Shown: piece by piece, positions 26,901 to 34,754 of the stretch
Numbering within the stretch: position 1 is the stretch's first letter
Layout of the letters: each line of letters begins with the position of its first letter
NCBI GenBank assembly: GCA_963775395.1
Contig: CAVZIX010000018.1
Span: forward strand, 2,935-66,934
Source: an uncultured Actinomycetes bacterium
GTDB taxonomy: Bacteria > Actinomycetota > Thermoleophilia > Gaiellales > Gaiellaceae
Reading direction: 5' to 3'
DNA: 64,000 bases
Position numbers and translations under genes: made by a program
Notes under the pieces: model-generated
The model's database searches: none
What the model was told of the DNA's origin: nothing
Seen by the model: the letters and a program-made list of their open reading frames with translations, nothing else

Positions 26901-26958
26901 CGAGACGCTCGCGGTCGAGATCGAGCGTGGCGAAGAGCTTGCAGTGCGCAAGGCCTGA
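23905..26958 (+). CDS. ileS: Isoleucine-tRNA ligase (long, archaeal/actinobacterial-type), with atypical signature motifs
   Basis: 1017 aa. It contains ...FVDGPVTANKTLAIHTAWGRTLKD...QNGFDCQGLWIEVGVE...WTTTPWTLPANVA (CP1 editing motif)...CPRCGT...CWRCHTP... and an anticodon-binding C-terminus. Confidence 0.9.
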   Translation: MFRTLARVPDHPALELEILDWWEKRGTFEQLRELNRGGPVWSFVDGPVTANKTLAIHTAWGRTLKDVFQRYKALQGFDQRYQNGFDCQGLWIEVGVERELGLNSKREIEEYGLAEFARKCHEKVVWSAAEITRGSKRLGQWMDWGNDYFTFSDTNIEYIWRFLRKMHDDGHLYLGHRSTEWCPRCGTSISAHELVGNYEDRTDPSLFVRFPLVDRPGQSLTVWTTTPWTLPANVAAAVKPEAEYGRHENGEWVAVARDPHETFAERVKGAELVGLRYEGPFDHLPAVQGVEHRVIPWEDVSLAEGTGIVHIAPGSGAEDFELSRVHDLPVLVPVDEAGRFYADYGWLHGQGTSEAAEQIVVDLAERGRLVGAGEIEHRFPFCWRCHTPLIFRVADDWFIGVEELRPRLLAANATVKWTPEYFGKRMEDWLRNLGDWNISRRRYYGLPLPIYPCDCGHVTVIGSRAELEEKATAGLDELEELRRPWIDDVPIRCEACGNKEVRRIPEVGDVWLDAGIVPFSTLGWENPEWIEHGYGTGAAKGLTGADLPDHAYWETWFPAHWVSEMREQIRLWFYSQLFMSVALVDRAPFREVLGYEKMLDEHGRAMHGSWGNMIDAEDAFARMGADVMRWQFCAQPPDRNLLFGYGPANEIKRNLLTLWNSVRFLVDYGNIQGFTPRYADLDEPPLADDARALDRWLVARTQQYVHDATQALDDQLTYRLVEGFDQFVDDVSNWYIRRSRRRFWDGDETALRVLWHALVQGIRAISPVMPFLAEHLWRSLVAEACEGAPESVFLAGWPQAGEPDTALLEEIAELRSIVGLGNRARDSAGMKLRQPLRALVVEGAERATSHGDEIAEELRVKSVSFEQIAGAKVRAKPNLKLLGPRLGAELPKISAALAEGRFEHLPDGGARVEGHDLAPDEVFVQREAPDGWTLAEATGLAVALDIRLDPELELEGRVYDLVHTVNSMRKEQGLEITDRIVLTLPDGEDLQRFADWIKSETLAVEIERGEELAVRKA

Positions 26959-26991
26959 CGCGGACGCTCAACCGCTCTCTAGAAAGGAAAA

Positions 26992-27024
26992 GGCCCGCCG
27001 CTCGGGGGGTAAGCGCGGCGGGCC
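26992..27024 (+). terminator. Hairpin downstream of ileS
   Basis: GGCCCGCCGC (26992-27001) pairs with GCGGCGGGCC (27015-27024), giving a 10-bp perfect stem and 13-nt loop, 34 nt after the ileS stop. There is no U-tract, as is common in high-GC actinobacteria. Confidence 0.55.
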
Positions 27025-27123
27025 TCTCCAGATTGCTCACCGCGGCTTACATGGCCAGGGACACACACCGCGGTTCGCATCGCCCAGTGACAGCCACGCT
27101 ACCGCTCTCGCCTGTGAGTTGGA

Positions 27124-27141
27124 ATAGGCCGAACGGCCTAT
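27124..27141. promoter_or_regulatory. 18-bp palindrome ATAGGCCGAACGGCCTAT (copy 2 of 2), abutting an AT-rich stretch
   Basis: It is identical to 23337-23354. It lies 18 nt upstream of TATGAT (27160-27165) and 93 nt upstream of the GTG of the GAF histidine kinase. Confidence 0.4.
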
Positions 27142-27234
27142 CTTTGAAAGCTATGAGCATATGATTTACAAGTTATAGAACATCGCGAGAGCGGCGATGG
27201 TCGCAGGGCCTCCCTATCATCAAGGCCACACGCC

Positions 27235-30200
27235 GTGAGCGACGAAACTCAAACGATGCTCCACGCCGTGCCGTTGCTGGCCCTCGCGGTCCTGTACGGG
27301 CTCGTGTCGATCCTGCTCGGCATCTCGCTCGTCCGCGAGCGCAGAACCTCGTGGCTCGGGGTCGGGATCTGGCTCCTCTTCGCGCTCGTGGCCGCGCTCT
27401 CCGGGCTTCTCGGCGGGCTTGCGCTCACCGACGAGGACGTCTTCGAGGGCGAGCCGACCTGGCTCGTGATCGGCGGGTCGGTGGCCGTTGCGATCCCGGG
27501 CCTGATCATGCTCTTCCGCGGGCACGACCGAAGCCTCCTCTTCGCCGCCCGCCAGCGGGTTCGCGAGGCGGAGCAGCTCGCCACCGAGCGCGGGCGCGAG
27601 GCCGACGCGATCTCGCGGCTCTCCGCCACGCTCTCACGGACGCACACGGCCGACGAGGCCGTGGAGTCCCTCTTCGACGAGGTCGAGGCGCTGCTCGACC
27701 CCGACGTGCTCCTCCTCGCCAGGGTCGACGAGGAGTCGCGCCGCGCGGTTGGCTTCGCGACTCGCGGCGTCGACGCCGACTGGTGGGGCACCGTCTCTCT
27801 CGACCTGGACGAGGATACGGGCGCGCTCGTCCAGACGGCGCGCAGCCGCGAGCGCGTCGCGATCTACGACGTCCCGAGCGCGCCGAACGTCAACCGGCGG
27901 CTCGCCGAGGCCGTCGCCGCGAAGAGCGCTGCGTTCGTTCCGGTCATCTCCGAAGGGCAGGTCGCCGGCGTTCTCGTCGTCGTCAGCCAGCACGCACACC
28001 GGCAGTTCACCGAGTCGGAGCTCGACATCGTCCAGGGGATGGCCAGCGAGGCAGCGCTCGCGCTCAGCCGTACGCGGTCGAGCGAGGCTCTGCGCGCGGC
28101 GCTGGAGCGCGAGCGGCTAATCGCCGAGATCGGGCGTCGCGTCCGCTCGGAGCTCGATCTGGACACCGTCCTCCAGGTCGCTGTCGAGGAGACCGCGAAG
28201 GCGATCGGCGTCACGCGGAGCTTCATCCGCCTCGGCGAGCGAGGGGAGCCGATGCCCGTGCTCGCCGAATGGAACGCGCCGGGCGTCGAGCCTGTGGGCG
28301 ACGAGGCGCCGAACCTGCCGGCCATGAACCTCGCGGCGCGCGACCGCCGCACCGTGGCTATTGCCGACGTGGAGGCGGCGAGCGAGCTCCGCGAGGACCC
28401 CTCCCTCGGGAGCCCGGACACCCTCCTTGCCCTGGGAGCACGCTCGACCCTCGCCACGCCGATCCTCGTCTTCGACCGCATGATCGGGGTTTTCAGCCTG
28501 CACAGAGGGGAGGCCAGGCCCTGGGAAGCTGGCGAGATCGCGCTGGCCGAGGCCGTGGCCAGGGAACTGGGCCTCGCCATCCACACCGCCCGCCTGCTGG
28601 GCGAGAACGAGCAGCGCCTCCGGCGGCAGGAAACGCTCATCAAGGCCGCCCAGGTGCTCACGAGCGACCTGCACTTCGAGTCGGTCATCACTCGCCTCGT
28701 GCAGGAGGTCGTGTCGCTCATCGGCGCCGACGCCGCGGACTGCTGGATCCTCGAGCCCGACCGCAAGCTGCTCCGGTGCCGCGCCGTCGTCGGCGTTCCG
28801 GAGTGGAACGTCGGGCGGCAGATCCCGCCCGAGGGGACGATCGGGCGCGCGCTCCAGTCTGGTCGCACGGTGCTCACCCACGACTTCGCGTCGACGGAGC
28901 AGCCGGCGCCCAGCCCTCCGTACGCAGTCTTCCACGACGTCATGTGTGCGCCGATCATGTGGCTCGGCGAGGTGCGGGGCGTCCTCGGCGTCTGCGACCG
29001 CGAGCCCGGGCGCTTCGAGGCCGGCGACGTCGAGGTGATCGAGGCGTTCGCGCGGTTCGCCTCGCTCGCGCTGCACAACGCCGAGAGCTTCGAGGAGCGG
29101 GAGCGTCAGGCGCAGGTGCAGCGCGGCTTCTACCGGATCGCCGAGGTGCTCGGCTCGCCGCTCTCGCTCGCCGAGACGCTCGACGCGCTGGCGCAGGCCG
29201 CCTCGGAGGCGCTCGGCGGCGCATCCGCGGTCGTTCTCGAGCGCACCGGCGACAAGGTCGTCCTCGCCGGCGCTTACGAGCTCCCCGACTCGATCCGCAG
29301 GCGCTTCGCCGCAGGCGTCGGGGCGTCCACGTGGCCGTTCGCGATCGAGGCTGGGGAGGGGCGCATCCTCGCCTCCGCAGAGCTCGCCGGCGACGACCGC
29401 TTCGACTCTGGCCTGCGCGAGCTGCTCACGGCCGAGGGCTACGGCTCGCTGATCTGCACCCCTGTCGCCGGCGTCCGCGAGCAGGCGTACGCCGGCGTCG
29501 TCCTCTTCAACGGCACGCGCGCGTTCACCGACGAGGACGTCCTGCTTACCCGGCACGTCAGCGACGCGGCGCAGGGCGCGCTCGAGCGCAGCGAGCTCTT
29601 CGAGAGCGAGCGCCGCGCGCGCATGTTCTCGCAGCGCCTCGCGCGTCTCGGGACGTTCCTGGGGACGAGCCTCGACCCGGCGGTCGTGCTCGACGAGGTT
29701 GCGCGAGAGGCGCCCGGCCTGCTCGATGCCGACACCGCGGTCGTTCGCCTGCTGGCCGGGGACGACCTCGTCGTGCGCGCGGCCCACGGGCCGGGGACGG
29801 CGCGCCTCGTAGGCACGTCCGCCAGCTCGTCGGGAGGCCTTTCGGGCGGGGTGGTCCAGGCTCGTTCGCCGCAGGCCGTGCGCGACGGTCGGGAGCAGCC
29901 GAGGCTCTCGCGCGGTGACGCGCTCCTCGAACAGGACATGACCGCCGCTGTCGCAGTCCCGATGATCGCGCACGGGAGCGGCGTCTACGGCGTTCTCGCG
30001 GTGTACGCGCGGACGCCGCGGACGTGGCGGGACGACGAGCTCGAGTCTCTCGCCGCACTCGCGGCGTCGGCCTCCGCGTCGATTGCGAACGCGGAGCTCT
30101 ACCAGCGCGTTGCCGAGGAGCGGGAACGCGGCGCGGCAATTCTCGCGAACATCGCCGACGGGATCGTGGCCGTCGGTCGCGACGACCGGATCGTGCTCTG

Positions 30201-31176
30201 GAACGCGATGGCGGAGCACATCACGGGCGTGCCGGCGTCGGAGGCTCTCGGCCGTCTCGTCCCCGAGGTCCTCCAGCGCGAGTTGACCGCCGACGGGTCC
30301 GAGCCGCCCGGCGAGCGCTACCTCGCCGTGCGACGCGGGGGAAACGAGGTCTGGATCGCCCTCAGCGAGGCCGTCATGCGCGATCCCTCCGGCGGGGTCG
30401 CCGGTCGGATCTTCGCCTTCCGCGACGTGTCGAGCGAGCGGGTGGTCGAGCAGATGAAGTCCGACTTCGTCTCTACCGTCTCGCACGAGCTGCGAACCCC
30501 CCTGACCTCGATCTACGGCTTTGCCGAGACACTCATGCGGCGCGACGTCGACTTCAGCGACCCTGAGCGGGCGACGTTCCTTCGCTATATCGCGTCGGAG
30601 TCCGAGCGCCTGATCGGGATCGTCGACGACCTGCTCAACGTCGCGCGACTCGAGGCGGGGACGCTCGCGGTTGCGCTGGAGCCCACCGATCTCGGGACCG
30701 TGGCGCGCGAGGCGGCAGTCGGGATCGAGACACACATCGGCGAAGGTCACCGCTTCGCGGTCGAGGTGGAGCCGGGCGAGCTCGTCGTCAACGCCGACCC
30801 GGAGAAGCTCGGCCAGGTACTGTCGGCGCTTCTGGCCAACGCCGTCAGCTACTCGCCCGAGGGAGGCACGATCACGATCTCGGCCCGGCGCCGAGCCGAC
30901 ATCGCCGAGATCGTCGTCGCCGACGAAGGCGTCGGCATCGCCCGCGCCGACCTCCAGCGCATCTTTACGAAGTTCTTCCGGGCCGAGCGCGAGGGCGTGA
31001 GCGCCGGGCGCTCGGGACTCGGGCTCTTCCTCGTCCGCGGCCTTGTGACCGCGATGGGCGGGCGCATCTGGGTCGAGTCGGACGAAGGTCGGGGCTCGCG
31101 CTTCACCTTCGAGCTCCCGCTCGCCGGGGGCGAGCCTGCCGACGGGCCGCGGGTGGAGGCCGCGGCGACGCAGTGA
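27235..31176 (+). CDS. Membrane-anchored multi-GAF (about 5) / PAS sensor histidine kinase
   Basis: 1313 aa with N-terminal TM helices and repeated GAF-like modules. A PAS region (ILANIADGIVAVGRDDRIVLWNAMAEHITG) is followed by the HisKA H-box (FVSTVSHELRTPLTSI) and HATPase_c N, G1 and G2 boxes (LLANAVSYSP; VADEGVGI; GLGLFLVRG). Confidence 0.92.
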   Translation: MSDETQTMLHAVPLLALAVLYGLVSILLGISLVRERRTSWLGVGIWLLFALVAALSGLLGGLALTDEDVFEGEPTWLVIGGSVAVAIPGLIMLFRGHDRSLLFAARQRVREAEQLATERGREADAISRLSATLSRTHTADEAVESLFDEVEALLDPDVLLLARVDEESRRAVGFATRGVDADWWGTVSLDLDEDTGALVQTARSRERVAIYDVPSAPNVNRRLAEAVAAKSAAFVPVISEGQVAGVLVVVSQHAHRQFTESELDIVQGMASEAALALSRTRSSEALRAALERERLIAEIGRRVRSELDLDTVLQVAVEETAKAIGVTRSFIRLGERGEPMPVLAEWNAPGVEPVGDEAPNLPAMNLAARDRRTVAIADVEAASELREDPSLGSPDTLLALGARSTLATPILVFDRMIGVFSLHRGEARPWEAGEIALAEAVARELGLAIHTARLLGENEQRLRRQETLIKAAQVLTSDLHFESVITRLVQEVVSLIGADAADCWILEPDRKLLRCRAVVGVPEWNVGRQIPPEGTIGRALQSGRTVLTHDFASTEQPAPSPPYAVFHDVMCAPIMWLGEVRGVLGVCDREPGRFEAGDVEVIEAFARFASLALHNAESFEERERQAQVQRGFYRIAEVLGSPLSLAETLDALAQAASEALGGASAVVLERTGDKVVLAGAYELPDSIRRRFAAGVGASTWPFAIEAGEGRILASAELAGDDRFDSGLRELLTAEGYGSLICTPVAGVREQAYAGVVLFNGTRAFTDEDVLLTRHVSDAAQGALERSELFESERRARMFSQRLARLGTFLGTSLDPAVVLDEVAREAPGLLDADTAVVRLLAGDDLVVRAAHGPGTARLVGTSASSSGGLSGGVVQARSPQAVRDGREQPRLSRGDALLEQDMTAAVAVPMIAHGSGVYGVLAVYARTPRTWRDDELESLAALAASASASIANAELYQRVAEERERGAAILANIADGIVAVGRDDRIVLWNAMAEHITGVPASEALGRLVPEVLQRELTADGSEPPGERYLAVRRGGNEVWIALSEAVMRDPSGGVAGRIFAFRDVSSERVVEQMKSDFVSTVSHELRTPLTSIYGFAETLMRRDVDFSDPERATFLRYIASESERLIGIVDDLLNVARLEAGTLAVALEPTDLGTVAREAAVGIETHIGEGHRFAVEVEPGELVVNADPEKLGQVLSALLANAVSYSPEGGTITISARRRADIAEIVVADEGVGIARADLQRIFTKFFRAEREGVSAGRSGLGLFLVRGLVTAMGGRIWVESDEGRGSRFTFELPLAGGEPADGPRVEAAATQ

Positions 31177-31610
31177 CGCACGTGCTCGTCATCGACGACG
31201 AGGCGCCGATCCGCCTCCTCTGCCGCGTGAACCTCGAGGCCGAGGGGATCGACGTCAGCGAGGCCGGCGACGGGCCGGGCGGCGTCGACGTCGCCCGGGC
31301 CGAGCAGCCGGACGTGATCCTCCTCGACGTGATGATGCCGGGGCTCGACGGCTGGCGGGTCGCGGAGATGCTGCTCGACGACCCGGCGACGAGCGAGATC
31401 CCGATCGTCTTTCTCACGGCCCGTGCGGATGTCCGTGACCGCGCGCGCGGGATCGACCTGGGCGGCCTCGAGTACATCACGAAGCCGTTCAACCCCGTCG
31501 AGCTCGCAACGCTCGTGCGCGGCGTGCTCACGGCGGTCCAGCGGGGCGAGCGCGAGCGGTTGCGCAGCGACAAGATCGCCCAGCTCAGAGAGCTGTTCGA
31601 GAGCGCCTAG
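31173..31610 (+). CDS. Single-domain response regulator (receiver only, CheY-like)
   Basis: The GTG overlaps the kinase stop (GTGA). VLVIDDEAPIR...PDVILLDVMMPGLDGW...ITKPF. There is no output domain. Confidence 0.9.
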   Translation: MTHVLVIDDEAPIRLLCRVNLEAEGIDVSEAGDGPGGVDVARAEQPDVILLDVMMPGLDGWRVAEMLLDDPATSEIPIVFLTARADVRDRARGIDLGGLEYITKPFNPVELATLVRGVLTAVQRGERERLRSDKIAQLRELFESA

Positions 31611-32050
31611 CGGAAGCGCGCGACGGCCATCTCGACGCAGTTGTAGCCGCGCCAGTTGCCGCGCGTCCAACCGGTGCCGACGTAGTGGAAGCCTGGCCGC
31701 AGGAGCAGGACGCGGTGACCCGGGCTGTCGAGCCACATCCGCACGGCTCGCAACGGCGTGAACCACGCGCACGTGCCCCACGCGAGGATCTCGCCGGTGC
31801 CGGGGGCGAGCTGCGAGGAGTGGTGGAACGAGTCGGCACGCATCAGATGACGCGACCAGGCGTGCGAACCGCGCTGAAGCGCCGGGCCGATGCGCAGCTT
31901 GCGCAGGCCGTGGGCGGCCCTCGTCTGGTTGATCTTGGAGATCAGGCGCTTCTCCATGGGAGTCTGCGCGGCCGACTCTGTGGGAGTCGCGAGCGCGAGA
32001 GCTCCGGCGCACACGAGCAGGGCGATGAGTGTCTTCACAGGTCCTGGCAT
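31607..32050 (-). CDS. Secreted CAP/SCP/PR-1-like domain protein
   Basis: MPGPVKTLIALLVCAGALALA is a signal peptide. ...INQTRAAHGLRKLRIGPALQRGSHAWSRHL...WLDSPGHRVLLL...YVGTGW. Confidence 0.82.
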   Translation of the reverse strand: MPGPVKTLIALLVCAGALALATPTESAAQTPMEKRLISKINQTRAAHGLRKLRIGPALQRGSHAWSRHLMRADSFHHSSQLAPGTGEILAWGTCAWFTPLRAVRMWLDSPGHRVLLLRPGFHYVGTGWTRGNWRGYNCVEMAVARFR

Positions 32051-32188
32051 GCGAGAGACCTTGCCGGACAAGTGTCGGCAACTTTTGGGCAAAGCGTTAG
32101 GGTTGTCTGAACTGGGATCTCACGGGCTCTTGACCTGCGAGGCCAGGGAGATTGCCAGATCTTTGTGGATTTTGCGGACTTTCTCGTG

Positions 32189-33121
32189 CTATTCGTTACG
32201 AGGATCCGGCCGGGCAGTCTGCGCGAGGACGACGCCCGAAAGCACGAGCAGCCCTCCCAGGATCTGGATCGCGGCGAGCTCTTCGCCGAGCCACACCCAG
32301 GCGACGAGGGCGGCGAGCACCGGCTCCAGCATGGCCACGATGGTGACCCGCGTCGCCGGAACGTGGTGCAGCGCGCTGACGAGCATGACGAACGGGACCA
32401 CAGTGCCCAGAACGACGATGTAGCCGACGAGGAGCCAGACCGGAAGGCTGACGTCGTCCAGGCGCCCGAGCAGCGGGACACTGCCGTCGACCGTCTCGAG
32501 CGGAAAGCTCCACCACGGTTGGAAAACGGCCCAGAAGAGCGCGGCGAACACGAAGCCCCAGGCGAGCAGCGAGTAGACGTCGCGGCCGGCGGCGAGCGAC
32601 TGCTCCGCCATGAGGACGTAGGCCGCGTAGGCGACCGCCGTCACCATGCACGCGGCGACGCCGACCCAGTCGAGCGACGAGCCGCCCCACAGCTCGACGA
32701 CCAGGGTGAGGCCGAAGAGGCTGAGCGCAATCGAGAACCACAGCCGCCTGCGCACCGGCTCGTGCACGTAGAACCGTGCCCAGAGCGCGACGAAGACCGG
32801 CGCGAGGTAGTTGATGACGAGCGCGATCCCGATGTCGAGCCGCCGGATGCCGACGAAGTAGAAGAGCTGGACCACGCCGAGGCCGAGGACGCCAAAGACG
32901 GCGAGCTTGACGAGCTCGCGACGACCGATGCGCATGCTCGCCGGATTGAGGATGAGGACGACGGTGACCAGGATCAGCGCCGAGCCGCTGGCGCGCACCT
33001 CCGCGAGGCGAAACGCCGAGAGCTCGGCCGAGTCCAGCACGACCTTCGCCACGACGGCGTTCAGAGACCAGAGCGTCACCGCCGTCCAGATGAGCGCGTA
33101 GCCCAGCGCGGGTCTCGGCAT
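32189..33121 (-). CDS. EamA/DMT-superfamily transporter
   Basis: In ORF 32189..33286, GC3 drops upstream of MPRPALGYALIW (ATG 33121). The longer start at 33241 would overlap the divergent gene's ATG. Confidence 0.8.
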   Translation of the reverse strand: MPRPALGYALIWTAVTLWSLNAVVAKVVLDSAELSAFRLAEVRASGSALILVTVVLILNPASMRIGRRELVKLAVFGVLGLGVVQLFYFVGIRRLDIGIALVINYLAPVFVALWARFYVHEPVRRRLWFSIALSLFGLTLVVELWGGSSLDWVGVAACMVTAVAYAAYVLMAEQSLAAGRDVYSLLAWGFVFAALFWAVFQPWWSFPLETVDGSVPLLGRLDDVSLPVWLLVGYIVVLGTVVPFVMLVSALHHVPATRVTIVAMLEPVLAALVAWVWLGEELAAIQILGGLLVLSGVVLAQTARPDPRNE

Positions 33122-33239
33122 CGGGCGTCGCGACTCCAGGGCGGACGGCGCAAAGGGTGCGTCGGCCACGGTCGCGGAAGATAACGGCCGCCGGGGAGCG
33201 TGCGCGGCGGCATCCGGCTCCCGTAGCGTTTCAGTCCTC

Positions 33240-34208
33240 ATGGGATCGCGGCCGGTTCTGATGGCGATGGCCGGTGCGACGGGCATCGCCTTCTCAGCGA
33301 TCCTCGTCCGCCTCGCCGACGTGCCTCCGTCGACCGCGGCCTTCTACCGCTGCCTGTACGCGCTGCCGCCGCTCGCGCTTCTCGCCTGGTGGGAGCGGCG
33401 CCGCTTCGGGCCGCTGGGGAGGCGCGCCCTGTGGCTCGCGCTCGTCGCCGGCGTCTTCTTCACGGGCGACCTCGTCTTCTGGCACCACGCGATCGCCGCC
33501 GTGGGCGCGGGCCTCGCGACGGTCCTGGGGAACATCCAGGTCGTGATCGTGCCCCTCGTCGCGTGGGTCCTTCTGCGGGAGCGGCCGGGCGCGCGGACGC
33601 TGGCCTCGGTGCCGGTCGTGCTCGCCGGCGTCGTCCTCATCTCGGGCGTTGTAGGCGCGGACGCCTACGGCTCGAATCCGGGGCTGGGCGTTCTCTTCGG
33701 CGTTCTCACGGCGATCACGTACGCCGGCTTCCTGCTCGTGCTGCGCGCCGGAAGCTCCGATCTCCGGCGCCCGGCCGGCCCGCTCTACTGGGCGACGCTC
33801 TCGTCCGCGCTCGTGACGCTCCCTGTCGGCGCGGCGCTCGGCGAGCTCGAGCTCGAGCCGACCTGGCCCGAGCACGGCTGGCTTCTCGTGCTCGCGCTGA
33901 CGTCGCAGGTCGTAGGCTGGCTGCTCATCGCCGCGGCCCTGCCCCGGCTTCCGGCCGCGCTCACGTCGATCACCCTGACCCTCCAGCCCGCGCTCTCGGT
34001 CATCTTCGCCGTGATCCTCCTGGACGAGTCGCCTTCCTCCGTCCAGTTCGCGGGCGTGGCCGTGATCATCGGCGGGGTCGTGCTCGCGACCGCGGGCCGC
34101 CGTTCGCGGCCGTACACTGAGCCGGAGCTGCGGGACGTAGCGCAGCCTGGTAGCGCGCCTGCTTTGGGAGCAGGAGGCCGCCGGTTCGAATCCGGCCGTC
34201 CCGACTGA
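33240..34208 (+). CDS. EamA/DMT-superfamily transporter; the ORF has no stop until after tRNA-Pro
   Basis: MGSRPVLMAMAGATGIAFSAILVRLAD... has 10 TM segments. The last 26 codons (ELRDVAQPGSAPALGAGGRRFESGRPD) are simply the translation of the tRNA-Pro gene. Confidence 0.8.
   Translation: MGSRPVLMAMAGATGIAFSAILVRLADVPPSTAAFYRCLYALPPLALLAWWERRRFGPLGRRALWLALVAGVFFTGDLVFWHHAIAAVGAGLATVLGNIQVVIVPLVAWVLLRERPGARTLASVPVVLAGVVLISGVVGADAYGSNPGLGVLFGVLTAITYAGFLLVLRAGSSDLRRPAGPLYWATLSSALVTLPVGAALGELELEPTWPEHGWLLVLALTSQVVGWLLIAAALPRLPAALTSITLTLQPALSVIFAVILLDESPSSVQFAGVAVIIGGVVLATAGRRSRPYTEPELRDVAQPGSAPALGAGGRRFESGRPD
34131..34204 (+). tRNA. tRNA-Pro (anticodon TGG)
   Basis: Hand-folded cloverleaf: acceptor CGGGACG/CGTCCCG, D-stem GCGC/GCGC, anticodon stem CCTGC/GCAGG with loop TTTGGGA, variable loop AGGCC, T-arm GCCGG-TTCGAAT-CCGGC, discriminator A. 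CCA is not encoded. Confidence 0.95.
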
Positions 34209-34209
34209 C

Positions 34210-34241
34210 ACGGCCCGGGAACTTTCTCCTTCTCGGGCCGT
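34210..34241 (+). terminator. Hairpin downstream of tRNA-Pro
   Basis: ACGGCCCG (34210-34217) pairs with CGGGCCGT (34234-34241), giving an 8-bp stem and a 16-nt pyrimidine-rich loop. Confidence 0.4.
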
Positions 34242-34251
34242 CCTACTGGAT

Positions 34252-34683
34252 GTGGCACTTCGTGTTGGCGCTGTCGCCGCTGTGCTCGCTCTACTCGTTA
34301 CGGCATGCGAGTACACGCCGTCGGCGCTCGAGGACTGGCCCGATTCGCCGTCGTGCGGGGAATGGGAGAACCGGAACGAGCAGGCCTCGGCCGACCAGGA
34401 GCGCAAGAACCGCTGCCTTCTCGACGCCTTCGAAAAGGGCCGTCCCGCCGAGCTCTACGCCGCCTACCACTCGGAAGAAGGCGATCGGATCCGTGAGTAC
34501 TACCGCGTCCTGGGACCGGGGCGGGTCGAGATGTTCATCGACTCGACCGACGACCCGTACAGCGCGCAGAAGTGGACGCACCTTCTCTGTGAGGGCGTCG
34601 AGGAGGACAGCGAGTTCGGCTCTGTCTTCGGTGACGACTGCCGGGAGGTCTCTGTCGACCGCACGGTCTCGAGCACTGGGTAG
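34252..34683 (+). CDS. Hypothetical lipoprotein
   Basis: GTG start with lipobox LLVTAC. It has 4 further Cys and high GC3. No family recognised. Confidence 0.7.
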   Translation: MALRVGAVAAVLALLVTACEYTPSALEDWPDSPSCGEWENRNEQASADQERKNRCLLDAFEKGRPAELYAAYHSEEGDRIREYYRVLGPGRVEMFIDSTDDPYSAQKWTHLLCEGVEEDSEFGSVFGDDCREVSVDRTVSSTG

Positions 34684-34754
34684 GGATAACCGCACCGAAC
34701 GCCACGGGCTGGCCGCCTAGTTGCGCGCGCGAGCGTGCTGAATGCTTCGAGGCC

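Noticed and set aside
28117-30750. 877-aa minus-strand ORF, and the 855-aa +2 ORF at 27351..29918, inside the histidine kinase gene
   Set aside because: They are antisense or off-frame to a gene with clear GAF/PAS/HisKA/HATPase motifs. Their composition is dominated by R/A/G/P and they contain no recognisable motifs.
33122-33286. Longer N-terminal extensions of the minus-strand EamA gene (starts at 33241 or 33286)
   Set aside because: GC3 drops markedly upstream of ATG 33121. A start at 33241 would overlap the ATG (33240) of the divergent EamA gene, leaving no promoter space.
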